The notes under the pieces were generated by a model. That model was not told where the DNA came from and made no database searches. It saw only the letters and a program-made list of their open reading frames with translations. From contig JBGQBN010000009.1 of the NCBI GenBank assembly GCA_041494805.1, positions 1-32,000 on the forward strand: a DNA stretch of 32,000 nucleotides, written 5' to 3'. The position numbers and the translations under genes are program-made. How positions within the stretch are numbered: position 1 is the stretch's first letter; every line of letters begins with the position of its first letter. This DNA comes from Terriglobia bacterium. GTDB taxonomy: Bacteria; Acidobacteriota; Terriglobia; Terriglobales; Acidobacteriaceae. This document shows, piece after piece, positions 24,043-32,000 of the stretch.

Positions 24043-24194
24043 CTAGCTTACCGTGTGGGACGAGGGGACGTCGAGGGGGCGCTGCCGTGGCTAAAGCCCG
24101 TGATCGGAGATACCGACGTGACGCGGCGCTCAAAGCGTCGCTCTCCCACGGTGACGTTCGAACCTCTAGTTGGCCGTTCTCCGGGTCTGTTTCC

Positions 24195-27100
24195 CTAGAA
24201 CGACAACTTCAGCGCGAACTGGATCTGCCTTGGATCACGCGCCGCAGTCAGGAAGCCGAATTCCGGCGTCCCGAAGGTGGTCGTATCAATCGAGTTCTGC
24301 GGTCCCGACTTGGCAAACTGCAGGTTGGGGTGATTGAAGAGATTGAAGAACTCTGCCCGGAACTCCAGCTTGGTGCGTTCGGTGATGGGGAAAGTCTTGA
24401 ACACGGAAAAATCCCAAATCTGGTAGCCCGGACCCTCGACGGTGTTGCGGCCCACGTTGCCAAACGAGCCGAAGTTCGGATCGGTGAAAGCGCAAGCGTT
24501 AAACCACGAGCCCTGCGTCCGCGTACGGTCGGCCGCCAGTCCGCCCTGCGAAATGGTGGTCGCGCAGCCCGGATCAGGATTAGCCCCAACCGGCCCAGCC
24601 TTGAACGGATCACTGATGAGGTCGGGACGCGATTGACCGTCGGAGTTGGAGAAACTGTTGTCGTCGAGAATGGTGAACCAGTTTCCTCGCGACATGCTGG
24701 TGATGCCGCCAATCTGCCATCCCCCGGCGATGTAGTTGAGTACGCCAGTCGCATCGCCCAGAAAACGTTTGCCGTGGCCGACGGGAAGTTCATACAGATA
24801 ACTGAGGACCAAACGGTGGCGGACGTCGAAGTCGGCGTTGCCATATTCTCGCCCGGGTTGCTGATAGAAGCGGAAATCACCGCCGTTCTGGGCGCCGAGA
24901 TCGGCGTTGGAAGCGATGTCGAGCGCGTGCGCCCAGGTGTAAGCCGCCAGGAACGTAAGCCCATGGGAGAAGCGCTTCTCGGCGCGCAACTGCAGAGAGT
25001 TGTAGTTCGACCAGCCCGCCGAGCGGAACCATCCGATGAAACCATCCACCGCAGGGAAGGGCCGCCGCGTATCGATTGGCGGAGGATTGGGACTGGGATC
25101 GGGCAGCGCCTGGTTGCCGTTGAGATAAATGTACTGCTTCAGGCCACGAGATCCAGCGTAGGTAACCTCGAACACCGTATTCGAAGGCAGTTCGTACTGG
25201 GTGGAGAGGTGCCACTGCTGCATGTACGGCGTCACCAGGTGAGGGTCAAGAGAAAACAGCAGCGGGGTGTTGGGATCGACCAGGGCGTTGGCTGGGAAGC
25301 CCGTAGCTAGTGTGGAAATTCCGGGCAGGCTGCAATCCTGCACCGCGGGATTCGCGGCCGGCTCACCGCAGGGATTATTAAAGTTTTCAATGGTAAAGAA
25401 CGGCGGGTTAAATCCCATGCTGGGGTTGGAATAGGGACCGGCCTCGCTGCCGCCGTAGAAGAGTCCGTACCCGGCGCGGACTACCAGCTTGTCAGTTGCC
25501 CGATACGCCAGGCCGATGCGTGGCGCGAAATTGTTGGTGTCCGGGGGAATCAGCCCGGGGGTGGCCGTGGCTTGAATCGGAATGATGCTGGCCAGCGTCG
25601 GAGTCAACTGTGCATTCACGCCCTTGGGGACGATCAAGCTGTGCGTGGCAAGGTCGAACGTGGCTTGCTGGTTGGTCCTCTCTTTTATCGTGGTGAAGAG
25701 TTCGTAGCGCAGGCCGAGGTTCAGAGTAAGCTTCGGAGTGATCTTCCAATCATCCTGGGCATAGAACGCATACACCGGGCGGTGATAGTCAATGTTGTGC
25801 AGGTTATTGATGCTGCCGCCATCGCTCAGGCCGATCAGAAATGAAGCGTAGCCCGAGCCGCCCGTGCCTGCAGCGGCCGGGTTGTCGGTGAAGACCGGCC
25901 CGAAGTCCAGAGTGCCACGCGGCGCGGCGGGCTGGAAGATGGTGAATTCTTCGAGCCGAATCTCGCTGCCGAACTTCAACGAGTGATTGCCCCGGACCCA
26001 GGTCAGGTTTTCCAGCAGGCTGTAGCTGTTCTGAATTTCGTGGGAGGGCAGGAACGTCGGACTGCCAATCTGCGAAACGTCGCTGTAGGTCAACTGCGGC
26101 AAGCCGCCATTTCCCGCCACGTCAGGGATGCCGGGAAATCCGCCAGAGAAATTCAACAGCTGCTCGCTGGTCTTATCGGAATTGATCTGCTGGCGTTGTG
26201 AGTTGATCCGGTTATAGCCCAGGCGGAATTCATTGACCAGTTGCGGGCGGAAAAGATGCGTCCAACTGGTGGCAAAGCTACGATAGGAGTTGGCCTCCAC
26301 GCCGCCAAAGAAGCCGCCACCGTCACCGCCGGTGCTGTCGAAGGGGCCGGGAATCACGCTGGGCTGGTTTTCGTAGCTGAAGCGGAAAAATCCGTAGTCC
26401 TTCTCGGAGTATTTTTGGTCGATCCGCACGTCGAAATTATTGCGACTCTCCGTACGAACTGGATTGGAGAGAAAGTTGAAGCCCTGGTTGCCGCTGACAT
26501 TGGCATGGGGATACAGCTGGGTGATCGCCAGAGCGAGCGGATCCATGGCGCCGCCAGGAATGATGTTGATGGGCTGACCGGTCGGACCATACCCAAAGGG
26601 CACGCCACAGAGCGCGCTCAGATAGGCCCCATTGGCCTGCGTCTGCCGGGTATTGAACAGCTCGCCGGCATAAGTGGGCTGCCCGTTGCAGTCGAGCGCG
26701 GGGATCATGGTCACCCCGTCACTAGCCAAAGCCATCTGCGGCTGCGTGTAATCAATCTGGTCAGAGAAATCCCCCGCGCGCTGGGCGTCGGTCGGTACGA
26801 AAGAAGTCAGCGTCTGCGCCTGGCGGACGCGCAGGCCTTCATAATCCACGAAGAAAAACGTATGGTTGCGCACGATCGGACCGCCGAAGGTGAAACCAAA
26901 CTGGTTCTGCTTGTAAGGAGCGATGGCACTGTTGGGATCGTCAAAAAAGTTCTTGGCGTCGAACATTTCGTTGCGCAGAAACTCGTAGGCGCTGCCATGA
27001 AACTGGTTGGTCCCCGACTTGATGGTCGCATTTATGATGGCCCCGTTGCCCCGGCCGAACTCTGCGCTGTAAGCGTTGGTCTGGACCTTGAATTCCTCCA

Positions 27101-27764
27101 GCGCCTCGACCGAAGGCTGGATCACGTAGTTGGTTTCATTCAGCAGGTCGGGAAGATTCGAATTATTGTCTACGCCATCCAGCAGGAAATTGTTCTGCAA
27201 CGACCGGGCGCCGCCGGCGGAGAAGCCATAGCCCCCTTCGTCACGGGCTCCGGGCTCGCTGGGCGCCGTCCCCGCAGTCAGCAAGGCCAGTTGAGCGAAA
27301 TTGCGTCCGTTGAGCGGCAGGTTCGCGACGCGTTTGTTGTCCACGACCTGGCCAAGTTCGGAAGTCTCGGTTTCCAGCAGCGGCGCGGCACCCGTGACCT
27401 CAATGGCTTCTGTCAGCCTTCCGATTTGCAGCGTAACATTGACAGCAATGCGCTGCTGCACATCAAGGTTGACCGGCACCGAAACTGCTTTCTTGAATCC
27501 CGGGTGCTCCACGGTAACGGTGTAACTGCCCACCCGCAGAGGACTGGCCACATACTCCCCTGAATCGTTGGTGGTAGCGTTAAAAATGATGCCCCGCTCA
27601 GTATCGGCCACGGTCACTTTGGCGTTAGCAACCACCGCCCCGGTTTGGTCCTTCACCGTGCCCACAATGCTGCCCGTATCTTTTTGGGCTGAGGCGCTGA
27701 TGGAGAGAGTCAGGCAGAGAGTAAGAATGAAAGCAGAAAAACGGGAAGTGCCGGCGTTTGGCAT
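24195..27764 (-). CDS. TonB-dependent outer-membrane receptor with N-terminal carboxypeptidase-regulatory-like domain
   Basis: The signal peptide is MPNAGTSRFSAFILTLCLTLSISASAQ. The CarbopepD_reg-like segment is GSIVGTVKDQTGAVVANAKVT..NDSGEYVASPLRVGSYTV. The plug motif is LPLNGRNFAQL. The barrel is long and ends ..FALKLSF. The SD AAGGAG lies 7 nt before the ATG at 27764, which is preferred over 27782. Confidence 0.9.
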   Translation of the reverse strand: MPNAGTSRFSAFILTLCLTLSISASAQKDTGSIVGTVKDQTGAVVANAKVTVADTERGIIFNATTNDSGEYVASPLRVGSYTVTVEHPGFKKAVSVPVNLDVQQRIAVNVTLQIGRLTEAIEVTGAAPLLETETSELGQVVDNKRVANLPLNGRNFAQLALLTAGTAPSEPGARDEGGYGFSAGGARSLQNNFLLDGVDNNSNLPDLLNETNYVIQPSVEALEEFKVQTNAYSAEFGRGNGAIINATIKSGTNQFHGSAYEFLRNEMFDAKNFFDDPNSAIAPYKQNQFGFTFGGPIVRNHTFFFVDYEGLRVRQAQTLTSFVPTDAQRAGDFSDQIDYTQPQMALASDGVTMIPALDCNGQPTYAGELFNTRQTQANGAYLSALCGVPFGYGPTGQPINIIPGGAMDPLALAITQLYPHANVSGNQGFNFLSNPVRTESRNNFDVRIDQKYSEKDYGFFRFSYENQPSVIPGPFDSTGGDGGGFFGGVEANSYRSFATSWTHLFRPQLVNEFRLGYNRINSQRQQINSDKTSEQLLNFSGGFPGIPDVAGNGGLPQLTYSDVSQIGSPTFLPSHEIQNSYSLLENLTWVRGNHSLKFGSEIRLEEFTIFQPAAPRGTLDFGPVFTDNPAAAGTGGSGYASFLIGLSDGGSINNLHNIDYHRPVYAFYAQDDWKITPKLTLNLGLRYELFTTIKERTNQQATFDLATHSLIVPKGVNAQLTPTLASIIPIQATATPGLIPPDTNNFAPRIGLAYRATDKLVVRAGYGLFYGGSEAGPYSNPSMGFNPPFFTIENFNNPCGEPAANPAVQDCSLPGISTLATGFPANALVDPNTPLLFSLDPHLVTPYMQQWHLSTQYELPSNTVFEVTYAGSRGLKQYIYLNGNQALPDPSPNPPPIDTRRPFPAVDGFIGWFRSAGWSNYNSLQLRAEKRFSHGLTFLAAYTWAHALDIASNADLGAQNGGDFRFYQQPGREYGNADFDVRHRLVLSYLYELPVGHGKRFLGDATGVLNYIAGGWQIGGITSMSRGNWFTILDDNSFSNSDGQSRPDLISDPFKAGPVGANPDPGCATTISQGGLAADRTRTQGSWFNACAFTDPNFGSFGNVGRNTVEGPGYQIWDFSVFKTFPITERTKLEFRAEFFNLFNHPNLQFAKSGPQNSIDTTTFGTPEFGFLTAARDPRQIQFALKLSF

Positions 27765-27961
27765 GACGAGGCTCCTTCGCATGGACTCCCCAATACCACG
27801 GCGGACAGGAGTCGCATGGCATTATGCTTTTCCGGTCGGACGAACCTGATTTGTTGTATAGTTACGAACACTTACTTTTACTTTCGTTCTAGTGCGTTGT
27901 CAAGGGAAGAGTTGGCTCTGTTGACATCCTCAGGAGTGTGATTTTTCGGGTGTCGGTTCGA

Positions 27962-28009
27962 AGGTCCCGGAGGGACCTCTGACAGTAGCCCGCCACTTCC
28001 AGTGGCGGG
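27962..28009. repeat. Pair of GC hairpins in the divergent intergenic region
   Basis: AGGTCCC (27962-27968) pairs with GGGACCT (27972-27978). CCCGCCACT (27989-27997) pairs with AGTGGCGGG (28001-28009) around the loop TCC. Further imperfect hairpins lie at 28022-28045 and 28085-28103. Confidence 0.4.
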
Positions 28010-28152
28010 TAGCTTGGGGGGACGAGGCGCGTGCTGTAGGCACGCCTGAAACGGACTCCTGACGCCGGCAACGGGCACCTCAGCCGTCCCTACGGCACGG
28101 GGACAATAGCTGGCGGCTCTTCCGGCGTTGAAAAACTTATTCCGAGGTCCTC

Positions 28153-29334
28153 ATGTCGAAATACGCGGCGTCCGCTCTGATCATCCTTTTGGCGCTCATT
28201 GCGTCCCTGGCGGCAGCCCAGAACGCGAGCCCGGCACAAAGCCAGATTGGCTACAAGTCCGCCCAGGACGCAGAACAGAAAAAGACTCTGCTCCTGAGAG
28301 ACTTCAAGCCCGATTCCATGTTGCACCGGCCGGCGCACAACCTGGATCGCGCAAAGTTCTACGTGCTTGACGTGCACAACCACGTGAATGACGCCCAGGG
28401 AATCGATGAGCCCATGCCGCCCCAGCGGGTGCTCGAAATCATGGACGCGACCAACGTGAAGACGGTTGTGATCCTGACCGGCATGTGGGGCGCCAAGCTG
28501 CAGAAGGTCATCGACACCATGGTGAAGCCCTACCCCGGGCGCTTCATCGTGTTCACCCAGATCGACTGGTCGAAAATTGACGATCCCAACTTCAGCCAGC
28601 AGATGGTGGCACAGCTCGATGATGCCGTAGCGCGCGGCGCCCGTGGACTAAAGCTGCTGAAGGATCTGGGTCTGGCCGTGCGTGATAAAAGCGGGAAGCT
28701 GATTCCCGTGGACGATCCCAGGCTGGACCCAGTCTGGGAGGAGTGCGGGCGGCTGGGCATTCCAGTTTCCATCCATACCGGCGATCCTGAAGCCTTCTTC
28801 CATCCTACCGACGCCGGCAACGAGCGTTACGAGGAACTGATCGAGCATCCGGACTGGAGTTTTTATGGTTCACAGTTTCCATCCCTGGAGCAGTTGCTGG
28901 AGGCCCGCAATCGGGTCTTCGCCAAACACCCAAAAACTACCTTCGTTTCCCTGCACATGGGCTGGCCGGAGAATCTACCCTGGGTGGCTCAAATGCTCGA
29001 CCGCTATCCTAACGTGATGGTCGAATTCGGTGCGCGCGAAGCGGAGTTAGGACGGCAGCCGCGGCAGGCGCGGGAGTTCTTCCTTAAGTATCAGGATCGG
29101 ATCATGTTCGGCACCGACAATGGTATGGAAAAAGAAATGTACCGCAACCATTTCCGTTGGCTGGAAACGGCAGACGAGTATTTTGATTACTGGGGCTCTC
29201 CGGCGCAGGGGCGATGGGAGATTTACGGAATAGAACTGCCGGACCCGGTGCTGGCGAAGGTCTATCATTTGAATGCAGAATGGGTCTTCGCACAATTCAA
29301 AGGGACAGCGGAATTACGAAAGGGGGCAAAATGA
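28153..29334 (+). CDS. Exported metal-dependent amidohydrolase (Amidohydro_2-like TIM-barrel hydrolase)
   Basis: The signal peptide is MSKYAASALIILLALIASLAAAQN. Motifs are LDVHNHV, GARGLKLLK, PVSIHTGDP, FVSLHMGWP and IMFGTDNG. The SD GAGG precedes the ATG. Confidence 0.82.
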   Translation: MSKYAASALIILLALIASLAAAQNASPAQSQIGYKSAQDAEQKKTLLLRDFKPDSMLHRPAHNLDRAKFYVLDVHNHVNDAQGIDEPMPPQRVLEIMDATNVKTVVILTGMWGAKLQKVIDTMVKPYPGRFIVFTQIDWSKIDDPNFSQQMVAQLDDAVARGARGLKLLKDLGLAVRDKSGKLIPVDDPRLDPVWEECGRLGIPVSIHTGDPEAFFHPTDAGNERYEELIEHPDWSFYGSQFPSLEQLLEARNRVFAKHPKTTFVSLHMGWPENLPWVAQMLDRYPNVMVEFGAREAELGRQPRQAREFFLKYQDRIMFGTDNGMEKEMYRNHFRWLETADEYFDYWGSPAQGRWEIYGIELPDPVLAKVYHLNAEWVFAQFKGTAELRKGAK

Positions 29335-31601
29335 GGCAGTCACGGACTCGCCATTATTTCTTCGTCGTAGCCGCAATTCTTCTGCTGGTCATGGCCGGCG
29401 GCATGCTGCTTTTCAGCGTCGGATGCGCGCGGACGCCAAAAAAGACGGCGGAACCGCCATCCCAGCCTTCCACCATCCAGGTCACTGTGAATGACGGCGG
29501 GCCCGTCGTCCTCACTACCAGCACCGCGGAATTCCAGGTCCTGCCTTCCGGATACGTCCAAGCTTCCTTGTTGAAGGACGGCAAGAAACTCAGCCTCGAC
29601 GAGCCCCGCCTGGGCTCACCCACCGACAGCGACTATCTTGTCATCGGCGGAAACGAAATTCATTTCGTACTCGAATTCGCGCAAGCCAAAGTCCTGGAGG
29701 CGGCCGGGAAAATGGGGCGGGGAAAGCGCATCCAGATTCCCGCGCATCCCCTGGGTCCGTCAGGGACAAATCTCCAGAGGACGCTGACCGTCGAAGTCTA
29801 CGACGACTTCCCAAATATCCTGCTGACTTCTCTCGATTATAAGAACGAGGGAGCCAGCCAACTCAAGATTGACCAGACCGTGATGCAGAGCCACCGCTTC
29901 AGCGCAGCTTTAGCTGCACCCAAAGCGGCGCCCAGGGTTGCGCCTGGGGTTGCGCCTTACGACATGTGGTCTTATCACGGCTCAAGCTACGACTGGGGCA
30001 AAGACGATGTGCTCAAAGTCACCCGCAGCTTTACCCAGCCCAACGTCATGGGCGAAATGGTCAAAGGCGGCTACGGCGGAGGTATTCCGGTGGTCGCGTT
30101 CTGGACAGGTCAAGTGGGCGAAGCCATCGGCCATGTCGAGACTCTGCCTCTGTCCGTGTCGCTTCCGGTGAAGGTGGAAAGCGACGGGCGAGTGAGCACC
30201 TCCCTGGTCATCCCCGGCGACGTGACCCTGAAAACCGGAGAAACCTACTCCACGCCGCGAAGCTTCCTGGCAGTTTACTCCGGCGATTTCTACGAACCCC
30301 TGCATCTGTGGTCGAGTGTGCTGGCCAAAGAGGGCTGGGACCTCCCCAAACCTTCCAGCGAAGCCTACAACGTCAGTTGGTGCGGCTGGGGATACGAGTT
30401 CAACGTCACCCCGGCGCAAATGCTGGGCACCGTCCCCAAGCTAAAGGAGATGGGCATCAAGTGGGCAACACTCGACGACCGCTGGTTCGATACCTACGGC
30501 GACTGGAACCCGCGGGCCGACACGTTTCCCGGCGGTTCCATCAAGAAAATGGTGGATGACTTCCACAAGCAGGGCATCCTGGTGCAACTATGGTGGCTGC
30601 CCCTGGGCGTGGAGGATGGCCAGGGCAAGTGGGAATCCCACAAGTACATTGTGTCCAAGATAGCGCAGGAACATCCCGACTGGTTCATTCTCGACAAGAA
30701 CGGCAAGCACGCCCGCATGACCCGTGACCTGGCCGCACTGTGCCCTGCGGTTCCCGAGGTGCAGGCTTACTACAAGCAGCTGACCGAGAAGTTCATTCGC
30801 GACTGGGGATTCGATGGCTCGAAACTCGACAACATCTACAGTGTGCCCATGTGCTACAACCCGGCGCATCATCACAAGTCACCGCAGGATTCAGTCAATG
30901 CCATGGCCGATGTCTACAAAACGATTTTCCAGACCACGCGGGCAATCAAGCCAGAGAGCGTGACCCAGGCGTGTCCCTGCGGCACGCCCCCGTCGCTCGC
31001 CTGGCTCCCTTATATAGACCAGGCAGTGACGGCCGATCCCGTGGGCGCAGTGCAGGTGCGTCGGCGAATCAAGATGTACAAAGCGCTGCTTGGCCCGGAA
31101 GCCGCGGTCTATGGCGACCACGTCGAGCTTTCCGCCATGACGCGCGTTGGCAATAACTGGCGTGAGCAAGGCGACGATTTCGCGTCCACCATCGGCACCG
31201 GAGGCGTGGTGGGAACGAAATTTGTCTGGCCTGATCCCGGCGCGAAGTACAAGCCGGTGCTCCTGACCGAGGAAAAGGAAGCCCACTGGAAGAAGTGGAT
31301 CGGAATCTATAACCAGAAAATGCTTTCGAAAGGCACGTTCCGCAACCTGTATGTCCTTGGCTACGATGTGCCAGAAGGCTACGCCATCGAAAAGGACGGC
31401 AAGATGTATTACGCGTTCTTCGCGCCGTCGTCAGCTCCGTGGAAAGGCGCGGTCGAGTTGCGCGGCCTGCAGCCGGGGACGTATCACGTAGTCGACTACA
31501 CCGATGGCAAGAACCTGGGGACGGTCGAAGCCACGGCGGACAAGGCGCCGAAGCTGACGACGGAATTCAAGGAGCATCTGCTGCTGGAAGTCGGGAAGTA
31601 G
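29331..31601 (+). CDS. Membrane-anchored or lipoprotein-type glycoside hydrolase, clan GH-D (alpha-galactosidase/melibiase-like)
   Basis: The ATG at 29331 overlaps the upstream stop (ATGA). The N-terminal hydrophobic anchor ends ..LLFSVGC. The catalytic-region pattern is WCGWGYEF, WATLDDRWFD, DGSKLDN and CPCGTP, reminiscent of the DDGWF / K.D.N motifs of GH27/36 enzymes. Family assignment is tentative. Confidence 0.72.
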   Translation: MRQSRTRHYFFVVAAILLLVMAGGMLLFSVGCARTPKKTAEPPSQPSTIQVTVNDGGPVVLTTSTAEFQVLPSGYVQASLLKDGKKLSLDEPRLGSPTDSDYLVIGGNEIHFVLEFAQAKVLEAAGKMGRGKRIQIPAHPLGPSGTNLQRTLTVEVYDDFPNILLTSLDYKNEGASQLKIDQTVMQSHRFSAALAAPKAAPRVAPGVAPYDMWSYHGSSYDWGKDDVLKVTRSFTQPNVMGEMVKGGYGGGIPVVAFWTGQVGEAIGHVETLPLSVSLPVKVESDGRVSTSLVIPGDVTLKTGETYSTPRSFLAVYSGDFYEPLHLWSSVLAKEGWDLPKPSSEAYNVSWCGWGYEFNVTPAQMLGTVPKLKEMGIKWATLDDRWFDTYGDWNPRADTFPGGSIKKMVDDFHKQGILVQLWWLPLGVEDGQGKWESHKYIVSKIAQEHPDWFILDKNGKHARMTRDLAALCPAVPEVQAYYKQLTEKFIRDWGFDGSKLDNIYSVPMCYNPAHHHKSPQDSVNAMADVYKTIFQTTRAIKPESVTQACPCGTPPSLAWLPYIDQAVTADPVGAVQVRRRIKMYKALLGPEAAVYGDHVELSAMTRVGNNWREQGDDFASTIGTGGVVGTKFVWPDPGAKYKPVLLTEEKEAHWKKWIGIYNQKMLSKGTFRNLYVLGYDVPEGYAIEKDGKMYYAFFAPSSAPWKGAVELRGLQPGTYHVVDYTDGKNLGTVEATADKAPKLTTEFKEHLLLEVGK

Positions 31602-31630
31602 GCCCTAGTAACCTTAGAGGGGTAGGGAAG

Positions 31631-31679
31631 GGCACGGCTTCAGCCGTGCCACTAAAGCCTTATAGAGACTGGGCTTTAG
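31631..31679. terminator. Two hairpins between convergent gene ends
   Basis: GGCACGGC (31631-31638) pairs with GCCGTGCC (31643-31650) around the loop TTCA. CTAAAGCC (31652-31659) pairs with GGCTTTAG (31672-31679). They lie between the stops at 31601 (+) and 31751 (-). There are no clear U-tracts. Confidence 0.4.
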
Positions 31680-31750
31680 CCCCTGCGGGCGATGCGCCTG
31701 CGAGGATTCCTGGCTACCTGCGCTGGCGCTGGCCACGAAACTTCCATCTA

Positions 31751-31999
31751 CTACTGCTTACTCATCGTTCCATCGATCTGCGTGCCTGCGTCATTCTGCA
31801 GGACATAGGCGTCATTTCCGGAAACCAGATAGAAGACCAGGTTGCTCGATAGGCTGTTGATGATCCCGGTGGTACGTCCGTTGCTCGATACCGAATACGT
31901 CCCAGGAAGCAGTCCCGGGATCGAAACCGTCCCCCCGCGATTCAGGAATTCATTCAGTTGCAGGTTTCCCGCGCCATCCCACTGCAATGTGCCCACTCT
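31751..31999 (-). CDS. Hypothetical protein, C-terminal fragment (5' end beyond window)
   Basis: The frame is open to the window end and the third-codon positions look GC-biased. The sequence is beta-rich (..TYSVSSNGRTTGIINSLSSNLVFYLVSGNDAYVLQND..). No family was recognised. Confidence 0.45.
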   Translation of the reverse strand, partial: RVGTLQWDGAGNLQLNEFLNRGGTVSIPGLLPGTYSVSSNGRTTGIINSLSSNLVFYLVSGNDAYVLQNDAGTQIDGTMSKQ

Positions 32000-32000
32000 G

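Noticed and set aside
18859-27563. Several long + strand ORFs (18859..19998, 20178..21314, 24087..25310, 26241..27563)
   Set aside because: All lie opposite confidently assigned minus-strand genes (dehydrogenase, aconitase-like, TonB receptor). They have arginine/proline-rich, motif-free translations.
27955-27964. GGTTCGAA T-loop-like motifs (also on the minus strand at 24153-24164) as possible tRNA or tRNA-like genes
   Set aside because: The flanking bases do not form a T-stem. No acceptor, D or anticodon arms could be drawn.

Overview
Visibly GC-rich bacterial chromosomal window (GC% not computed). Gene content (giant TonB-dependent receptors with N-terminal carboxypeptidase-regulatory-like domains, an FG-GAP/choice-of-anchor protein, many exported hydrolases) and the style of the intergenic GC hairpins suggest a soil Acidobacteriota-like organism; this is inference only. 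I support 21 protein-coding loci (two cut by the window edges, one frameshifted). I found no rRNA, tRNA, CRISPR array, transposase or integrase. Layout: (i) 1-4.7 kb housekeeping genes: rpiA, a frameshifted class-V aminotransferase, homoserine dehydrogenase, a PPOX-family protein. (ii) 4.9-13.0 kb, two convergent units that look like an exported adenosyl/nucleoside scavenging module: a signal-peptide DUF62 SAM hydrolase plus a TonB receptor, facing a secreted ADA2-like adenosine deaminase, NupC and PNP. (iii) 13.0-13.8 kb, an 850-nt gene-free gap holding a candidate structured ncRNA built from two homologous modules with compensatory base changes. (iv) 13.8-27.8 kb, one long minus-strand gene string: TonB receptor, variant HD protein, PrpD/MmgE-family protein, fused homoaconitase-like aconitase, IDH/IPMDH-family dehydrogenase, fused CitD-CitE, CitF, then an exported prolyl aminopeptidase and an Ig-like protein. 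This is a candidate, apparently undescribed, tricarboxylate-type pathway. (v) 28.2-31.6 kb, a translationally coupled exported amidohydrolase plus clan GH-D-like glycosidase, divergent from the second TonB receptor. Nearly every intercistronic gap carries a recurrent GC hairpin, palindrome or heptamer array. All product calls come from motif recognition by eye; no database search was possible.
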